Source: an uncultured virus (IMG/VR IMGVR_UViG_2061766007_002377) (taxonomy: Duplodnaviria; Heunggongvirae; Uroviricota; Caudoviricetes). Taken from it: 64,000 nt of DNA. Of the stretch, positions 31,116-42,012 are shown one piece after another. How positions within the stretch are numbered: the stretch's first letter is position 1; every line of letters begins with the position of its first letter. The stretch lies in IMG/VR virus record IMGVR_UViG_2061766007_002377; one strand, written 5' to 3'. A program made the position numbers and the translations under genes. The notes beneath the pieces are model-generated. The model was not told where the DNA came from. It saw only the letters and a list, made by a program, of their open reading frames with translations, and did no database searches.

Positions 31116-31845
31116 AGCCTTCCTCCTGTTCTTTGTAAGGGTCTTTCAGCACGGGACACTCATCAGGTACACGGCCTTCAATCAGCATCCCCGTTCTTTT
31201 GCACATTGCTCCGCCACTGTCGATCTGAACCGACTTGCAGGCTTTGCACTTGTCTGGAATTTCAGTCATTTTCCCTGTTTCTCCTTTTGTTCCGAACTCA
31301 ATCGTTTGTATTTGTATCGTTTTCTTTTTCCCTGCTCTCAATACGGCCCTGAAGTTCCTCAAGCTGTGCCAGATACCTTTCCTTGGTCTTCTTGTCCGGG
31401 TAGCAAATCCAACCGTTGTCCTCGCCTACCGGAGCATTGGTCGGTATGCCGAATATTCCGAACCGCTTGGACAAGGCTCTTGCCATGACCTCATGCGGAT
31501 AAACCGGAATGGCTTTCATCTTGGCAATCATCCGAGGGTGGATGTCCGTCTTCAGAGTCTTCATCCGTCAGACTTCCTCGCTCAGATAGTTCTCTATTTC
31601 CTTGGTGCAGAGCGCACAGTCATGCGGACAGTTCGTGTCCTCCTTTGCCTCGCAAAACAGGGTCAGCAGAACTTCTGCCTTGCCCCTTGTTGTGTCTTCT
31701 TTCTCAAGCATTTCAAGCCTTTTCATGTTTGCTCCTTCTCATAACTTCCACGCAGAGGTGGAAAATCCTTGAAATTTCGAACTTTTCGGAAAAAGTAAGG
31801 TGTTTACTTATCCGAAAGCCCTGCCCTTGCCTTCTGCCCTGTTTT

Positions 31846-32670
31846 TCAGAGCGGTATGCCATCGTTGTTGTCCGGACCATCTTTCGACTCACCCAACTGC
31901 TCAAGAGTGGGAGAGAAATTCAGTTTCAGTTTGTTTGTCAGTTCAACTACGCTTTCGTTCTTGACCTTTGCAAACGCCTTGCCCGGAATCGATGCCATTA
32001 CGTCATTTTCTGCAATCAGCACTGTCTTGCGTTTGAGTGCGCCCCGTGCAGAGAGAAGACCGATAAGAAACTTTTTCAGCCAGTCTTCATATCCCGGCTC
32101 AAGGTCTTCGATAACCAAGAACGGATAGGCAATCATTTCGTTCAAAAGGTCTTCCGTGGTCTTTCTGCCCTTCCATGAAGCCTGGATGCGGTAGGTCAGT
32201 TGGAGCATATTCACAAGCTGCCCCTGTCTTCCCCCGCGGCAGACATATCCGACCATTGCACAGGCAAGAAGGGAGTCATTGCGTCTTGCATCGTTTATCA
32301 GAAGAAACAGGTTTTCTTTCTTGTTCAGAAATTCTTTGGCAAGAATTGCCTTCTCTCCCGAAAACTGATCGAGCGTAATACCCTGTTGGTCTTTGAACAA
32401 ACCGGAGTACGGAAGAAAACTCTTGGCTATTGCTTCTTCGCTGTCCTCAATGATTTTCTTTTCCCTCTTGCAGTCTGCACACTCGGCCTTTGGGAAGGGT
32501 CTTCCGACAACACCGACTTGGTAGAACGGTCCGTGTTTCTCGCACAGCCAGTCTTCACGGAGAAATCTGGGACTGTCTCCGGCGTTTGCATAGAACTTGA
32601 GTTTTTCATACTTTTCTCTAGGCATTTCATCCGTGAAGTCATATCTTTCGCCAATCTTAGTTAGTGCCAT
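31846..32670 (-). CDS. DnaC/IstB-like helicase loader with degenerate Walker A
   Basis: Homologue of 9969-10802. Confidence 0.6.
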   Translation of the reverse strand: MALTKIGERYDFTDEMPREKYEKLKFYANAGDSPRFLREDWLCEKHGPFYQVGVVGRPFPKAECADCKREKKIIEDSEEAIAKSFLPYSGLFKDQQGITLDQFSGEKAILAKEFLNKKENLFLLINDARRNDSLLACAMVGYVCRGGRQGQLVNMLQLTYRIQASWKGRKTTEDLLNEMIAYPFLVIEDLEPGYEDWLKKFLIGLLSARGALKRKTVLIAENDVMASIPGKAFAKVKNESVVELTNKLKLNFSPTLEQLGESKDGPDNNDGIPL

Positions 32671-33658
32671 TTCTTCTCTCCTCCTCGGCTATCTGTGCAA
32701 GAAGTTCCTCGTTGCGCTTGTTTATTGCGTCATAGCGTTCCTTGCTCATTCCTCCGTAAGTCTCATCAGAGGTCTTTTTCTTCTCGGCCTCTTTCTTGGG
32801 TTCCCGGTTGTCATAGTTGCCTTCCAAGACCTTGGTGAAATGGTCTATATTGAACAGCCAGTCAAAAGTGATTACAAAACCGGAAGAATTAGCTCCACGG
32901 AGAAAGTTGCTCTTTTCGATTCTTGTGAAAGCCTGCTCAATTTCCTCAGAAGAAAAATGCTGAAGGATTGAATCGACTGCGAGTTCTCTCTTAATAGTCA
33001 TTCTTTCGCACCTGACAACCCCACTGATTCTGTTGAATCTGTCCTGATAAATAGGGGCAATATCGTGTGCTTTAACGCCGTTATAAGCGGCAGTTGTCTT
33101 GTCCACTTGCTCTTTAACGGAGTCATTTGTTTGATTTTTCTGACTTTCTTGAGGACTACACACACTTTCTTCCTCGCGTGACTTGAAGGAATCTGTGTAG
33201 TTGTCTTGTACCGTAATATTATTAGAATCTTTGGTTATCTTATGTTCTCTTATGTTCTCTTCTCTGCTAGACTTTGCTAGACTTTGCTTAGCATCTGCTT
33301 GGCACTTGCTAGCCTTTGCTAGACCACCCTTACGGCCGGCTTCGGCTTTTTTCTTAATCCGCTCTTCGTTGAACTGTAATTCAGCATCAATCCTATGGCT
33401 CCGGAGATCCGAACCCACAAGGTATAGCAATCCGACATTACAGAGATAGTGAAGCTGCTCCTCTGACTCCTCTTCTGTCAGTCCGTCAATAAAGCTCAAC
33501 TCGTCAATGGCTTCCGAAAAGTCTGCCTTTCCGCCTTTGGAAAAGATAATCTCTACCAAAAACCAATAGATTCCCAATGCGGAAAATCCGTGTTTCTTCA
33601 GGAGTTTTTTGATTTTGATGTCGTCATGTGCATTGATGTCATGTTTGAACCAATCCAT
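32657..33658 (-). CDS. Phage replication initiator (DUF4373/Lin1244-like N-terminus)
   Basis: WFKHD.NAHDD.KI...GIYWFLVE; TGCTAG iteron-like repeats ~33265-33325; FTKVLEGNY. Confidence 0.7.
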   Translation of the reverse strand: MDWFKHDINAHDDIKIKKLLKKHGFSALGIYWFLVEIIFSKGGKADFSEAIDELSFIDGLTEEESEEQLHYLCNVGLLYLVGSDLRSHRIDAELQFNEERIKKKAEAGRKGGLAKASKCQADAKQSLAKSSREENIREHKITKDSNNITVQDNYTDSFKSREEESVCSPQESQKNQTNDSVKEQVDKTTAAYNGVKAHDIAPIYQDRFNRISGVVRCERMTIKRELAVDSILQHFSSEEIEQAFTRIEKSNFLRGANSSGFVITFDWLFNIDHFTKVLEGNYDNREPKKEAEKKKTSDETYGGMSKERYDAINKRNEELLAQIAEEERRNGTN

Positions 33659-33660
33659 CC

Positions 33661-34167
33661 TCAGTTTTGCTCCTTCATATCAAGATTTCCCCTAGCAACG
33701 GTAGGCATGAGTTCTTTTATCTGCACCGCCATTCCGAGCTGCCCGGACTCGGAAAAGCGTTTTTGTGCGCTGATTTTGACAACCTGAGAATCATCACCAA
33801 AGATGATTTTCGGAAGGTCTTTCAGGCCCACCCCGTCCAGAGCTGCCTTGATGTAGTTGTCAAGATCCGGCTTCTGCACAGGGAACAGTGTTCCGTCTGC
33901 AATGGCCTGTCTCTGCTTCTTTGTGTAAGACTTGGGTATTTCGCGCCAGACAATCAGAGACACTTCCAAGGGGCCGGCAAGCATCTTCTTTCCGCCTTTC
34001 TTGTAGGCATCAAGGGCATAGGTGTAAATGAGGGTCTTGTAGGCTTTTGCCTTCTCTGTGTCCCTTGCGTTTACGCCGACTGCCCTTCCGTATCTGTCCT
34101 TGCGGACTGAAAAGCGCGGTCTTGACTGCGGCTCCGGTTTGCCCGGCACGAAAAACGAATATTCCAT
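33661..34167 (-). CDS. rusA: RusA-like Holliday junction resolvase (second variant at 35105-35406)
   Basis: PQSRPR, KPDLDNYIKAALDG, DDSQV. Confidence 0.85.
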   Translation of the reverse strand: MEYSFFVPGKPEPQSRPRFSVRKDRYGRAVGVNARDTEKAKAYKTLIYTYALDAYKKGGKKMLAGPLEVSLIVWREIPKSYTKKQRQAIADGTLFPVQKPDLDNYIKAALDGVGLKDLPKIIFGDDSQVVKISAQKRFSESGQLGMAVQIKELMPTVARGNLDMKEQN

Positions 34168-35093
34168 CAGAAAAGCTCCTCGGTGTTGGAGGGGTCTTCT
34201 GCCATAGCAAGCTCTCTTTCAAGGTCTTCTGCATCCTCGGAAAGACCGCCGTCTTCCACAGGAGGCGCAACAGGCTCTTCTGTGGCCTTTTCCTTGTTCT
34301 CAAGGTCAAACTGTGCCTTGATTCTCTCTGCGGTTGTCTTGGCCGTTTCCTTGGTCTCTGACGGGGTCTGTGCATCGGTCTTGAACTCGGACTCTGTGGT
34401 GCGGTTGAATGCCTCGATGATTGCAGAGCGGCTCGGATCAAGAGAAGANNNNNNNNNNTTCTTTCTCAAGGTCTTCCGCATCCTCAGAAACCCCGGAAGG
34501 CTCAACAGGCTCTTCTGTCTTGCTTTCCTTTGGGTCAAGATTAAACTGTGCCTTGATTTTCTCCGCAGTTGTCTTGGGTGTTTCCTTGCTCTCTTCCTGA
34601 GTCTCCGCATCATCCTTGAACTCGCTCTCCGTTGTGCGGTTGAAGGCTTCAACGATTGCCATGCGGTCCGGATCAAGTGAAGAGTTCAGAAGATTCTTGC
34701 AAGCTCTGTTGATGAGCGTTCTCTTTGCCATCTCTTCCGGGAACTTCTTGTGTACGCTTGATTCTCCGCCGAAGTTACGGCTCTGCCTCCATGACTTCTG
34801 GATTTCATCCCATGTCATGTATGTGGCTCCGAGAACATTGCCCTGATTGTCGTAGATGGTGCAGAAACCGAAAGCAAATGGTTTGTTGACATTCTCAAAC
34901 GGGGTGGATGTGATGCACCTTATGTACCTCTCACCGAACTCCGTCATGCCCCATTCCATGTTGTCGCCCTGTCTGCCTATCTCGCAGACAATCTTGAACA
35001 CTGAGGGAACGGCACTCTTTAATGCTGCCTGTGTTCCGAAGTACGACCTCTGCATCTGGAGCTGATTGCCATAAACTACGAAATAGCACTGAT
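34167..35093 (-). CDS. recT: RecT-family recombinase (fragments of two variants)
   Basis: CYFVVYGNQLQMQRSYFG, FPEEMAKRTLINRACK. Confidence 0.8.
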
Positions 35094-35628
35094 TNNNNNN
35101 NNNNGTCAGGCTTCTGGGTGGGAAACAACAATCCGTCATGGATGGCCTGTCTCTGTTTCTTCGTGTAGGACTTGGGAACTTCACGCCAAACAATCAGATT
35201 CAGCTCAAGCGGACCTGCGAGCATGACCTTGCCGTTTCTCTTGAAGGCAATCAGGGCGCACGCATAAACCTTGACCTTGTAGGCTTTGGCCTGTTCCGTG
35301 TCTCTTGCATTTACGCCTGTTGCTCTGCCGTATCTGTCCTTTCTGACCGAGAATCTGGGTCTTGACTGCGGTTCCGGTTTGCCCGGCACAAAGAATGTGT
35401 ATTCCATCAGAAAAGCTCCTCGGTGTTGGAGGGGTCTTCTGCCATAGCANNNNNNNNNNNNNNNNNNNNNNNNNNNNNNNNNNNNNNNNNNNNNNNNNNN
35501 NNNNNNNNNNNNNNNNNNNNNNNNNNNNNNNNNNNNNNNNNNNNNNNNNNNNNNNNNNNNNNNNNNNNNNNNNNNNNNNNNNNNNNNNNNNNNNNNNNNN
35601 NNNNNNNNNNNNNNNNNNNNNNNNNNNC

Positions 35629-36425
35629 ACAAAGGCTTTTCCCGTGTCCAGAAGTTCAACGAGCTTTGCCTTGTATTCCTTCTCTTTGCCCTCTGCCTTG
35701 GCCTTGACCGCATGAACGGCAGACAGTTTTGCGTAGATGGCAAGCACCTCGTCATTTGCCCCCGTGCCTTCTGATGCCATGTCGATTTTTCTGCTGTAGA
35801 AGTTTGTAATGTCATCATATCCTTCCAAGTTAGGAATAAGACCTTTTTCAAAGGAATCATGGGTTTCTCTGACTCTTTTTCTGATGTCGGCAACGATTGC
35901 TTTGTCCGGAAGAATCTCGTAGAGATAGACCCTGTTTCCTCTTAGACAAGCGACATAGACCACATCACAGGGAACGCCGCACGCATAGTAGGACTGAACC
36001 TGAAAAAAGAACTTCAGGGGAATCTGGTCCGTGCCTTCTTCTCCCCAACCCTCTGCAAACGGAGCCACGCATTTAATCTCAATGGCCGCCCTTCTGCCCT
36101 TGGAATCCCTGCCTATAACAAGGCGGTCAGGATGGCAGACGAAATACGGAAGGTCTGCTTTCCAATAGGCCGTCTCTCCGCACTTCTTGATTCTGACTTT
36201 GAGCTTTTTGGCCACAAACTGAGCGACAGGCTCTTCAAAGAAAGTGCCGAACTCCATGCTTGCCTTTGACTGCTCGGAGATTTCGCTTTCATCTCTTTCT
36301 TTGCCGTTGAACTGGTCGAACAACTGGAGCATTGACTTGTAGCCGTATCCGTACAGTGTGCCTGTCTGGGATGCGGAGAAGACCATAGATCCGATGGCTA
36401 TTTTGCCGTGACAGGTCTTGCTCAT
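35629..36425 (-). CDS. YqaJ-like exonuclease (3' end lost in gap)
   Basis: Homologue of 12195-13043. Confidence 0.8.
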
Positions 36426-36582
36426 CTCTTGCCCCTGTTGACGTTGACATACGGCTTTTCGCCCGTACAAACAGTGCGTCTTGCAATGATGCGTTCTCCG
36501 CACTTCTTGCACTTTCCTATCCAACCGCCCTTGCGCATTGAGAGCTTGGCAGAACTCATATCGATTTCATGTTCACAAGCAC

Positions 36583-36813
36583 TCATTTCTTTACCTCCTT
36601 GAAAATGATTCTGAAAGTAATGCTGTCTCCGCTCTTGAACTCTCTTGTGCAGTTCACGCCTTCAAGCTGCATACTCTCCGGCAGATTCTTCTTCTTGCTC
36701 AACTCGTAAAGCTGATTCAGAAAAGCCTTGGTGAAAGCCTCAATCCTGGAATCCGTGTCATTGACAATCTTTGTCTCCGGCATTTCCGTCACATTTTTAA
36801 TTTCCAAATCCAT
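36583..36813 (-). CDS. Phage hypothetical protein
   Basis: Homologue of 13040-13288; GGAGG RBS. Confidence 0.6.
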   Translation of the reverse strand: MDLEIKNVTEMPETKIVNDTDSRIEAFTKAFLNQLYELSKKKNLPESMQLEGVNCTREFKSGDSITFRIIFKEVKK

Positions 36814-36841
36814 GTCCTCTCCTCCCGTAAAAAAGTCGGTA

Positions 36842-36954
36842 TAGGTTACAAAGTCGAAATCGGCTATTATACAAGTGAATCCATACAATCTCTTTGTATG
36901 TAGCCGTTTGACGATTGGTGAGCTTTCCTGAAAAAAAGGCCAATCGTCTTTTTT
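36842..36954 (+). ncRNA. Putative promoter-sRNA-terminator unit antisense to the early operon
   Basis: TAGGTT-N17-TATTAT; GACGATTGG/CCAATCGTC hairpin followed by a T run. Confidence 0.5.
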
Positions 36955-36955
36955 A

Positions 36956-37056
36956 TGCGGAGCCAAGGAGTTGAACCTTGGAGAGTCGGATAGTAACAAC
37001 TGATAAGGACGGTTATGAAGAATTATTTTTTCCATGCTTGTCACCGGACCTCCGCA
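36956..37056 (-). ncRNA. tRNA-like RNA with variable core
   Basis: TGCGGAG/CTCCGCA stem; CCAAGG-TTCAACT-CCTTGG T-arm. Confidence 0.55.
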
Positions 37057-37128
37057 AGTGGGCGAATACGCTTCCAAGCATCCGCCCGTGGTAATTAGTA
37101 TCTTTTGGGAGAAATTGAGTTCAGTATG

Positions 37129-37407
37129 CTATAGGCCCACCTCCGTAGAAGAATTGTTTATGTCTTCACTTCCGGTCCGTTTCCCGTCAGTGGAGTCACC
37201 GCTATATCCCTTGAGGATTGAAGGCGGAAGAATGATTCCGGGGTGGAACTCCAGAATGGACTTGATGTACCACCTTTCCCTTCCCATAGCCACAACAGGC
37301 TTTGCAAACCACTCAGGGTGTTTTTCCCTGTTCCTGTTGAATGTAGGCAGACTGACCTGAAGAATCTCTGCGTATTCTGTTTTTCCGATCATCAACAGTT
37401 CAGGCAT
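37129..37407 (-). CDS. Excisionase/AlpA-like HTH protein
   Basis: Homologue of 14014-14292. Confidence 0.6.
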   Translation of the reverse strand: MPELLMIGKTEYAEILQVSLPTFNRNREKHPEWFAKPVVAMGRERWYIKSILEFHPGIILPPSILKGYSGDSTDGKRTGSEDINNSSTEVGL

Positions 37408-37600
37408 TGGACTTCTCCATAAGAAAATCAGGGTCTTCATCCGGGAACTTCTGCCAGATGCCCTTAACCTCGCCAAATGTCCAATCTTTAAGTCCGTTGA
37501 TTTTTGAATAGAAGGAACGCTCAGACATTCCGAGTTCTTTTGCAAGAGCCTTGTTTGTTATCTTGTGCTTTTTCATAACCATCATCAGGTTAAGATACAT
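37400..37600 (-). CDS. Cro-like HTH regulator
   Basis: LAKELGMSERSFYSKING..DWT; divergent from CI. Confidence 0.75.
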   Translation of the reverse strand: MYLNLMMVMKKHKITNKALAKELGMSERSFYSKINGLKDWTFGEVKGIWQKFPDEDPDFLMEKSNA

Positions 37601-37640
37601 TCGCTTACTCCTTGTTACCTTGCATCGTATTCTTGCACAC

Positions 37641-37669
37641 AGTATGTACGATGTATCGTAACGTGTCAA
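37641..37669 (-). promoter_or_regulatory. Early leftward sigma70 promoter with palindromic operator
   Basis: TTGACA-N17-CATACT; TACGAT-GT-ATCGTA palindrome at 37647-37660. Confidence 0.7.
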
Positions 37670-37753
37670 GAAAAAAAATGCGTTGTATGGTAATTTTTTT
37701 CTTTCATTTTGTTTTTATTGTGGTAAAATTAAATTCCCAAAGGAGATACGCAG

Positions 37754-38101
37754 ATGAGATTTGATGAAAAACTTGCTTCCAAAATGAAAGAGAAGGGAAT
37801 CAAGAATGTTAAAGAGCTTTCAGCACTGTGCGGAATCCCTTATACAACCATTAGACATTGGGAAGGGAAGTCCCCTGATATTATTAAATTTGAGAACATT
37901 AGAGCAATCTCAAAGTTCTTTGGCGTTTCTGTAGCATATTGGGTTGACGATAATGACAACTCGACTTTTGATGTAACAGCGCATGAAAAGGAATTGATTA
38001 CGGCATACCGTACTTCTTCTGAAGACACTCAGAAGGCCGTATGCAGCGTCCTTGGTATTGCGAAAAAAAATGGCACGGAAGCCTGCTCAGAAATGGCATA
38101 A
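37754..38101 (+). CDS. CI-like HTH repressor
   Basis: ELSALCGIPYTTIRHW, ISKFFGVSVAY; AAGGAG RBS. Confidence 0.8.
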   Translation: MRFDEKLASKMKEKGIKNVKELSALCGIPYTTIRHWEGKSPDIIKFENIRAISKFFGVSVAYWVDDNDNSTFDVTAHEKELITAYRTSSEDTQKAVCSVLGIAKKNGTEACSEMA

Positions 38102-38119
38102 TCCTCCGTGCCTTTTGAT

Positions 38120-39280
38120 TTATGCCAGTGAGAACTGAACCTCTCTGACAACCTTCAAGTCATTCACATCCAAGTGTGCATAATGTTCCGTCATTTTATC
38201 ACTCTCATGGCCTATGATTGCCTGTATCTTACTGTTAGGCAGATCTGCAGCAAGGAGCCTTGTGTTCAGGAAGTGTCTGAAGCTGTGGAAGGTCAACGGA
38301 GCCTTTTTGTTGTCATAGTCAAAGAACGGTTCGTCCTTTTCTGCGTTGATTTCATCCATCCTCTCCACAAGCCTTCTGTTGAAGTATTTGTCACGCACCG
38401 GAGATTTGCCGTCAAGGGAGAAGAACAGACAGTCTGCAAACGGCGGAGCAATCTCCATAAGAAGGTTGTATATATCTTTGTTGATAGGAACCACACGCTC
38501 CCAACCGCTTTTGGTGGTCTTGCGGCCTTCACAGTCCGCCCATGAAGCGTCCACGTTGATGTGGTCGGGAAATACCTGTCCCAGAGTCAAAGCGCGAACC
38601 TCGCCTATTCTCATGCCTGTACGGGATGCCAGATAACAGGCAGTGTACGCCCACTTGTCTTTCCACGGCTTTTCAAACAGGGCCTTTATCTGCTCCAAGG
38701 TGAAGGCTCCCTTTCTTGTACTTTTGCGGACAAGAGGTTTTATGGCCTTGGCAGGGTTGCTTTTTATCTCTTCCTCAAACACCGCCTGGTCGAGCATCTG
38801 GCGTAGGACAAAGAAGGTGTCATTGGCCGTCTTGTTGGAAATGCGTGCCTTCTTGGGAAGGTCTAAAAGCCACTGCTCAATCATGTTGGCCGTGAGCTTA
38901 GCAAGTTCCACATCTCCGAAATACGGACAGATGTGATCATCAAATTTCTGCTGATTCTGATTTGCTACTTTCACGGAGAAGTGACCGCCACGGGCAATCT
39001 TGCTCCTGATAATAGGACAGGTATCATATTTCCAGAAGTTCTTGCCGTACTGTCTGATGGTCTTTCTGGTGTCCTTCTTGTGCCTGTCCTTCATGCACGG
39101 AATCAGCGTGCCGTTGCGTTCACGCTCAAGGACTACCTCTTTTGCCTCTGCCTTTCTCATACATCCTGTGGAGAATGTGTGCCTTTTGAGGTCTTCATCA
39201 TAGACCCAGTAATACCACGGCAAGCCTTCTTCTTTTTTGAAAAGTTCCCACCTGAAGGCCTTTTTTGTCATGCCTCCCAT
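38120..39280 (-). CDS. int: Tyrosine integrase
   Basis: TGMRIGE, HSFRH, IIGH, HY. Confidence 0.95.
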   Translation of the reverse strand: MGGMTKKAFRWELFKKEEGLPWYYWVYDEDLKRHTFSTGCMRKAEAKEVVLERERNGTLIPCMKDRHKKDTRKTIRQYGKNFWKYDTCPIIRSKIARGGHFSVKVANQNQQKFDDHICPYFGDVELAKLTANMIEQWLLDLPKKARISNKTANDTFFVLRQMLDQAVFEEEIKSNPAKAIKPLVRKSTRKGAFTLEQIKALFEKPWKDKWAYTACYLASRTGMRIGEVRALTLGQVFPDHINVDASWADCEGRKTTKSGWERVVPINKDIYNLLMEIAPPFADCLFFSLDGKSPVRDKYFNRRLVERMDEINAEKDEPFFDYDNKKAPLTFHSFRHFLNTRLLAADLPNSKIQAIIGHESDKMTEHYAHLDVNDLKVVREVQFSLA

Positions 39281-39377
39281 AAAAACACCCCCTTACATTG
39301 TATAGGTTTATTGTTTCTTTTTTGTTTCTTTCGCCTGTAAGTGTAAATGGAAAGTGTTTGTTTGTAAAGACTTATTT

Positions 39378-39550
39378 ACTGGGGAAGAAGGAATCGAATC
39401 CTTGGAATTTACCCCACAAAACCTTACAAAACATAAAATTACCTTACAAAAAATGTTAGTCTAACTTTCAGTTTTATTATGTTTTGTAGACTAATGTTAG
39501 CATTTGAGCGAAAAAGTATTGTTTCTAGTATTGTTTCTAGTAGAAACAAA
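39378..39550. other. attP-like region (same 23-bp core and arm-type repeats as copy A)
   Basis: Core at 39378-39400; TATTGTTTCTAG x2 plus TAGAAACAA at ~39517-39550. Confidence 0.65.
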
Positions 39551-39706
39551 TTACATGAAAATTTCCGCCCTCTGAAAAAAAATAAAAAACAATTTTGGCC
39601 TAAAAAAAGGGAAAAACTGAGTCCCCTTTTTGTTCGTTTTCGTCAACCTGATAAAACCGAAAAAAACTGAAAAAACCCGAAAAAAACCGAAAAACCGAAA
39701 AACCCG

Positions 39707-39822
39707 AAAAAAACCCTGCTGCAAGAACCCGGAAAGCAGCAGGGAAAGGTGTTAGACCGCCTTATTCAAGGAGGTATATTTATGGCACTTTTCATTATAA
39801 GGCCCGAAAGCCGTACAACCTA
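39707..39822 (-). ncRNA. Promoter-sRNA-terminator unit containing anti-SD ACCTCCTT
   Basis: TAGGTT-N17-TATAAT at 39794-39822; CCCTGCTGC/GCAGCAGGG hairpin followed by a T run. Confidence 0.6.
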
Positions 39823-39836
39823 TACTCGTTTTTATT

Positions 39837-39907
39837 CTGGGATGATAGGACTTGAACCTATAAGACCGGTACCAAAAACCGGTGTGTTACCGTTACACCA
39901 CATCCCA
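39837..39907 (-). tRNA. tRNA-Gln(TTG), CCA not encoded
   Basis: TGGGATG/CATCCCA-G acceptor, GTGT/ACAC D-arm, CCGGT-TTTTGGT-ACCGG anticodon arm, GGTTCAAGTCC T-arm. Confidence 0.9.
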
Positions 39908-39929
39908 AAGGCAATTACAGAATTGTAAT

Positions 39930-40053
39930 ACAGAAAGATGCCCGTGGCAAATGGAGAAACCACGGGCAAAGCCAAAAGGTAATTTAACAGACAAAAAAGA
40001 ACTGTTGGTACAAGACTCATCTATATTATATAGGCACTGCCCTGAGTAACCTA
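39930..40053 (-). ncRNA. Promoter-sRNA-terminator unit
   Basis: TAGGTT-N17-TATAAT at 40025-40053; TGCCCGTGG/CCACGGGCA hairpin followed by TCTTT. Confidence 0.55.
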
Positions 40054-40062
40054 TACTCACTT

Positions 40063-42012
40063 TCACCTTATTCCCGTGCTGATTACTCTTCTTCTCATCT
40101 GCCTCGCCGTCTGGACTTCCGCACTTGTGTTTGCCAGAGCCAGACTTGCCTTCTGTTCTGCTGCAAGACTGTCCCAGTCATCGTCCAGAAGCGTGTCTAT
40201 CTGAGCAATATAGGCCATAGCGTAGTTATACACAAAACAGTCCAGGACCTCGTTTCTCTCATGGCCGGGCAATTTATCCCACATGGGAAGGTCTGTCTTC
40301 TGGGAGATGATAAGATGCTCGGAGATAAGTTGGTCATAGAACTGATCCGAATATCCATCGGGAAACTCCACGAAAGAATACACCCCGTCAAAGTCCTCTT
40401 TCAGAAGGTCTCTGTAAACTTGTCTCTTTATCTGGTCGGAAGGCACGTCATAGTACACAACCGGAGTATCATCCCTGCTTGCTCTTGTCTGCTTTCTGTC
40501 AGGCACGTTGGACAGCCTTTTCGGGTCCGAGAAACCACGGGTGGGATAGAAGGTCGGACTCTGATACCGCCTTGCGAGGTTGTCTATGATTCTTGTTTCA
40601 AATCCCCGGTCAAGGCCGTTGGCAACACTGCGCAGTACAAAGCCGTCCTCACGCTCCCACAGGCCGCAGATAATCTTCTCGTAGTATTCTTTCCATACAA
40701 GACCGTCAAGGTCCCTGATTTCCTCTCCCGGCGGTACTTCAAATATGTAATGGTCTATGGGAATATGGCGCAGTCTCTTGCCCCAACCCATGACAGTAAC
40801 CTCGACACGGTTTTTCTGTACGTCCCCTGCGGTTGTAACTACGTTCACCCACTGCGGAGCAATGCCGCGTTTTTGCAGTGAGTCGGCTCCACGTTGCATG
40901 AGAACTTCCGCACTCGGCGTGTCTGCAAGCTCATGGTACTGCTGACACAACACGGTGTTGTAGAAGGCAACCAGAAGATTTCTCTTTTTGCTCTCATCCT
41001 TTTGGGAAATGGCATTGTGATATTCCTGAGCAATCTGAATCCAGTTCAGCCATCCTTCAGGAGCGTAGAACGTAGGAAGGAAGAAACCCTCATGGTCGGC
41101 AGGCGCACCGGGGTTTGTGGCTATCCATTCGGCTCCGTTATCAGGGTCGAGCATCCATGTCTTGTCGCGGTTGTGAATCATGTTGGAGCAATGCGGACAC
41201 TCCATCCACGCATCCGTTACCTCTTTGTCTTCCTCGTTCGTGCTGTAATGAAAATGCTCTATTTCAAATGTGAATTTCTCGTGGCAACACGGACAGGGAA
41301 CAAAATACTTTCGGTATGTGGATTGCTCCATGCGTGTCAGGATATGGCTGTGGTCGTTTCCGGGCGTGGAAGAAAAAACAAGTTTGCGTGTTTCTGCAAA
41401 GGTGTTTGTTCTCTTGGTAAGCTGTGTTATCGGATCTCCGTTTCCGCCTACGTCCTTGGGGTATGTGTCTATTTCATCTGCAATCATTATGGCAACCGAG
41501 TAAGAACGCATGGCCGCCTCTGTGTTTGCAGAGATGAACTTTAAAAATCCGCCGGGGTACAGTTTTTCGTTCAGCGTATCACCGGAAGACCTTGCCCCCT
41601 GTCCGAACTTGGCCTTAATCAGAGGGTTGGCCTGCATGATGGGGTTGAACTTGGTTTTGACAAAACTTTTGAGTTCTCCGTCATTTGAGAAGGCAAAACC
41701 CTGAGGCCTTGGGTAAGAGTCTGCATAGTAGGCCATTGCTCCGCACTCGGTATTGGTCTTTCCGGTCTGCGCACCGAAACACAGGTCGATTTCCCTTGCA
41801 GGAGAAGACGGACTCATAGCCTCAAGCGGTGCTATCTGATACGGCGCACGTTTGGGATTAAAGAGTCCAGGCTCTGATGTGTCGGAGGGAAAGTGGTAGT
41901 TTTCGGCCATCCAGTCAACAATGCTCTGCCGTTTGGCAGGCTCCAGAAGACCGAGAATCTGAGTTCTTATGAATGTCCGTGATGCCCGTTTTTCAGTCTG
42001 TTCCTGATTCAT
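40063..42012 (-). CDS. terL: Terminase large subunit, lambda gpA family
   Basis: Intact 649 aa; PYQ, GAQTGKT, DEID, GDVQ, NEVLDC. Confidence 0.95.
   Translation of the reverse strand: MNQEQTEKRASRTFIRTQILGLLEPAKRQSIVDWMAENYHFPSDTSEPGLFNPKRAPYQIAPLEAMSPSSPAREIDLCFGAQTGKTNTECGAMAYYADSYPRPQGFAFSNDGELKSFVKTKFNPIMQANPLIKAKFGQGARSSGDTLNEKLYPGGFLKFISANTEAAMRSYSVAIMIADEIDTYPKDVGGNGDPITQLTKRTNTFAETRKLVFSSTPGNDHSHILTRMEQSTYRKYFVPCPCCHEKFTFEIEHFHYSTNEEDKEVTDAWMECPHCSNMIHNRDKTWMLDPDNGAEWIATNPGAPADHEGFFLPTFYAPEGWLNWIQIAQEYHNAISQKDESKKRNLLVAFYNTVLCQQYHELADTPSAEVLMQRGADSLQKRGIAPQWVNVVTTAGDVQKNRVEVTVMGWGKRLRHIPIDHYIFEVPPGEEIRDLDGLVWKEYYEKIICGLWEREDGFVLRSVANGLDRGFETRIIDNLARRYQSPTFYPTRGFSDPKRLSNVPDRKQTRASRDDTPVVYYDVPSDQIKRQVYRDLLKEDFDGVYSFVEFPDGYSDQFYDQLISEHLIISQKTDLPMWDKLPGHERNEVLDCFVYNYAMAYIAQIDTLLDDDWDSLAAEQKASLALANTSAEVQTARQMRRRVISTGIR

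Noticed and set aside
39300..39331. GTATAGGTT as another TAGGTT-class promoter (also minus strand near 6006-6013)
   Set aside because: No TAnnnT box at the 17-nt spacing
39650..39712. AAAAACCGA-type short repeats
   Set aside because: Low-complexity tract not conserved in copy A; no function can be supported
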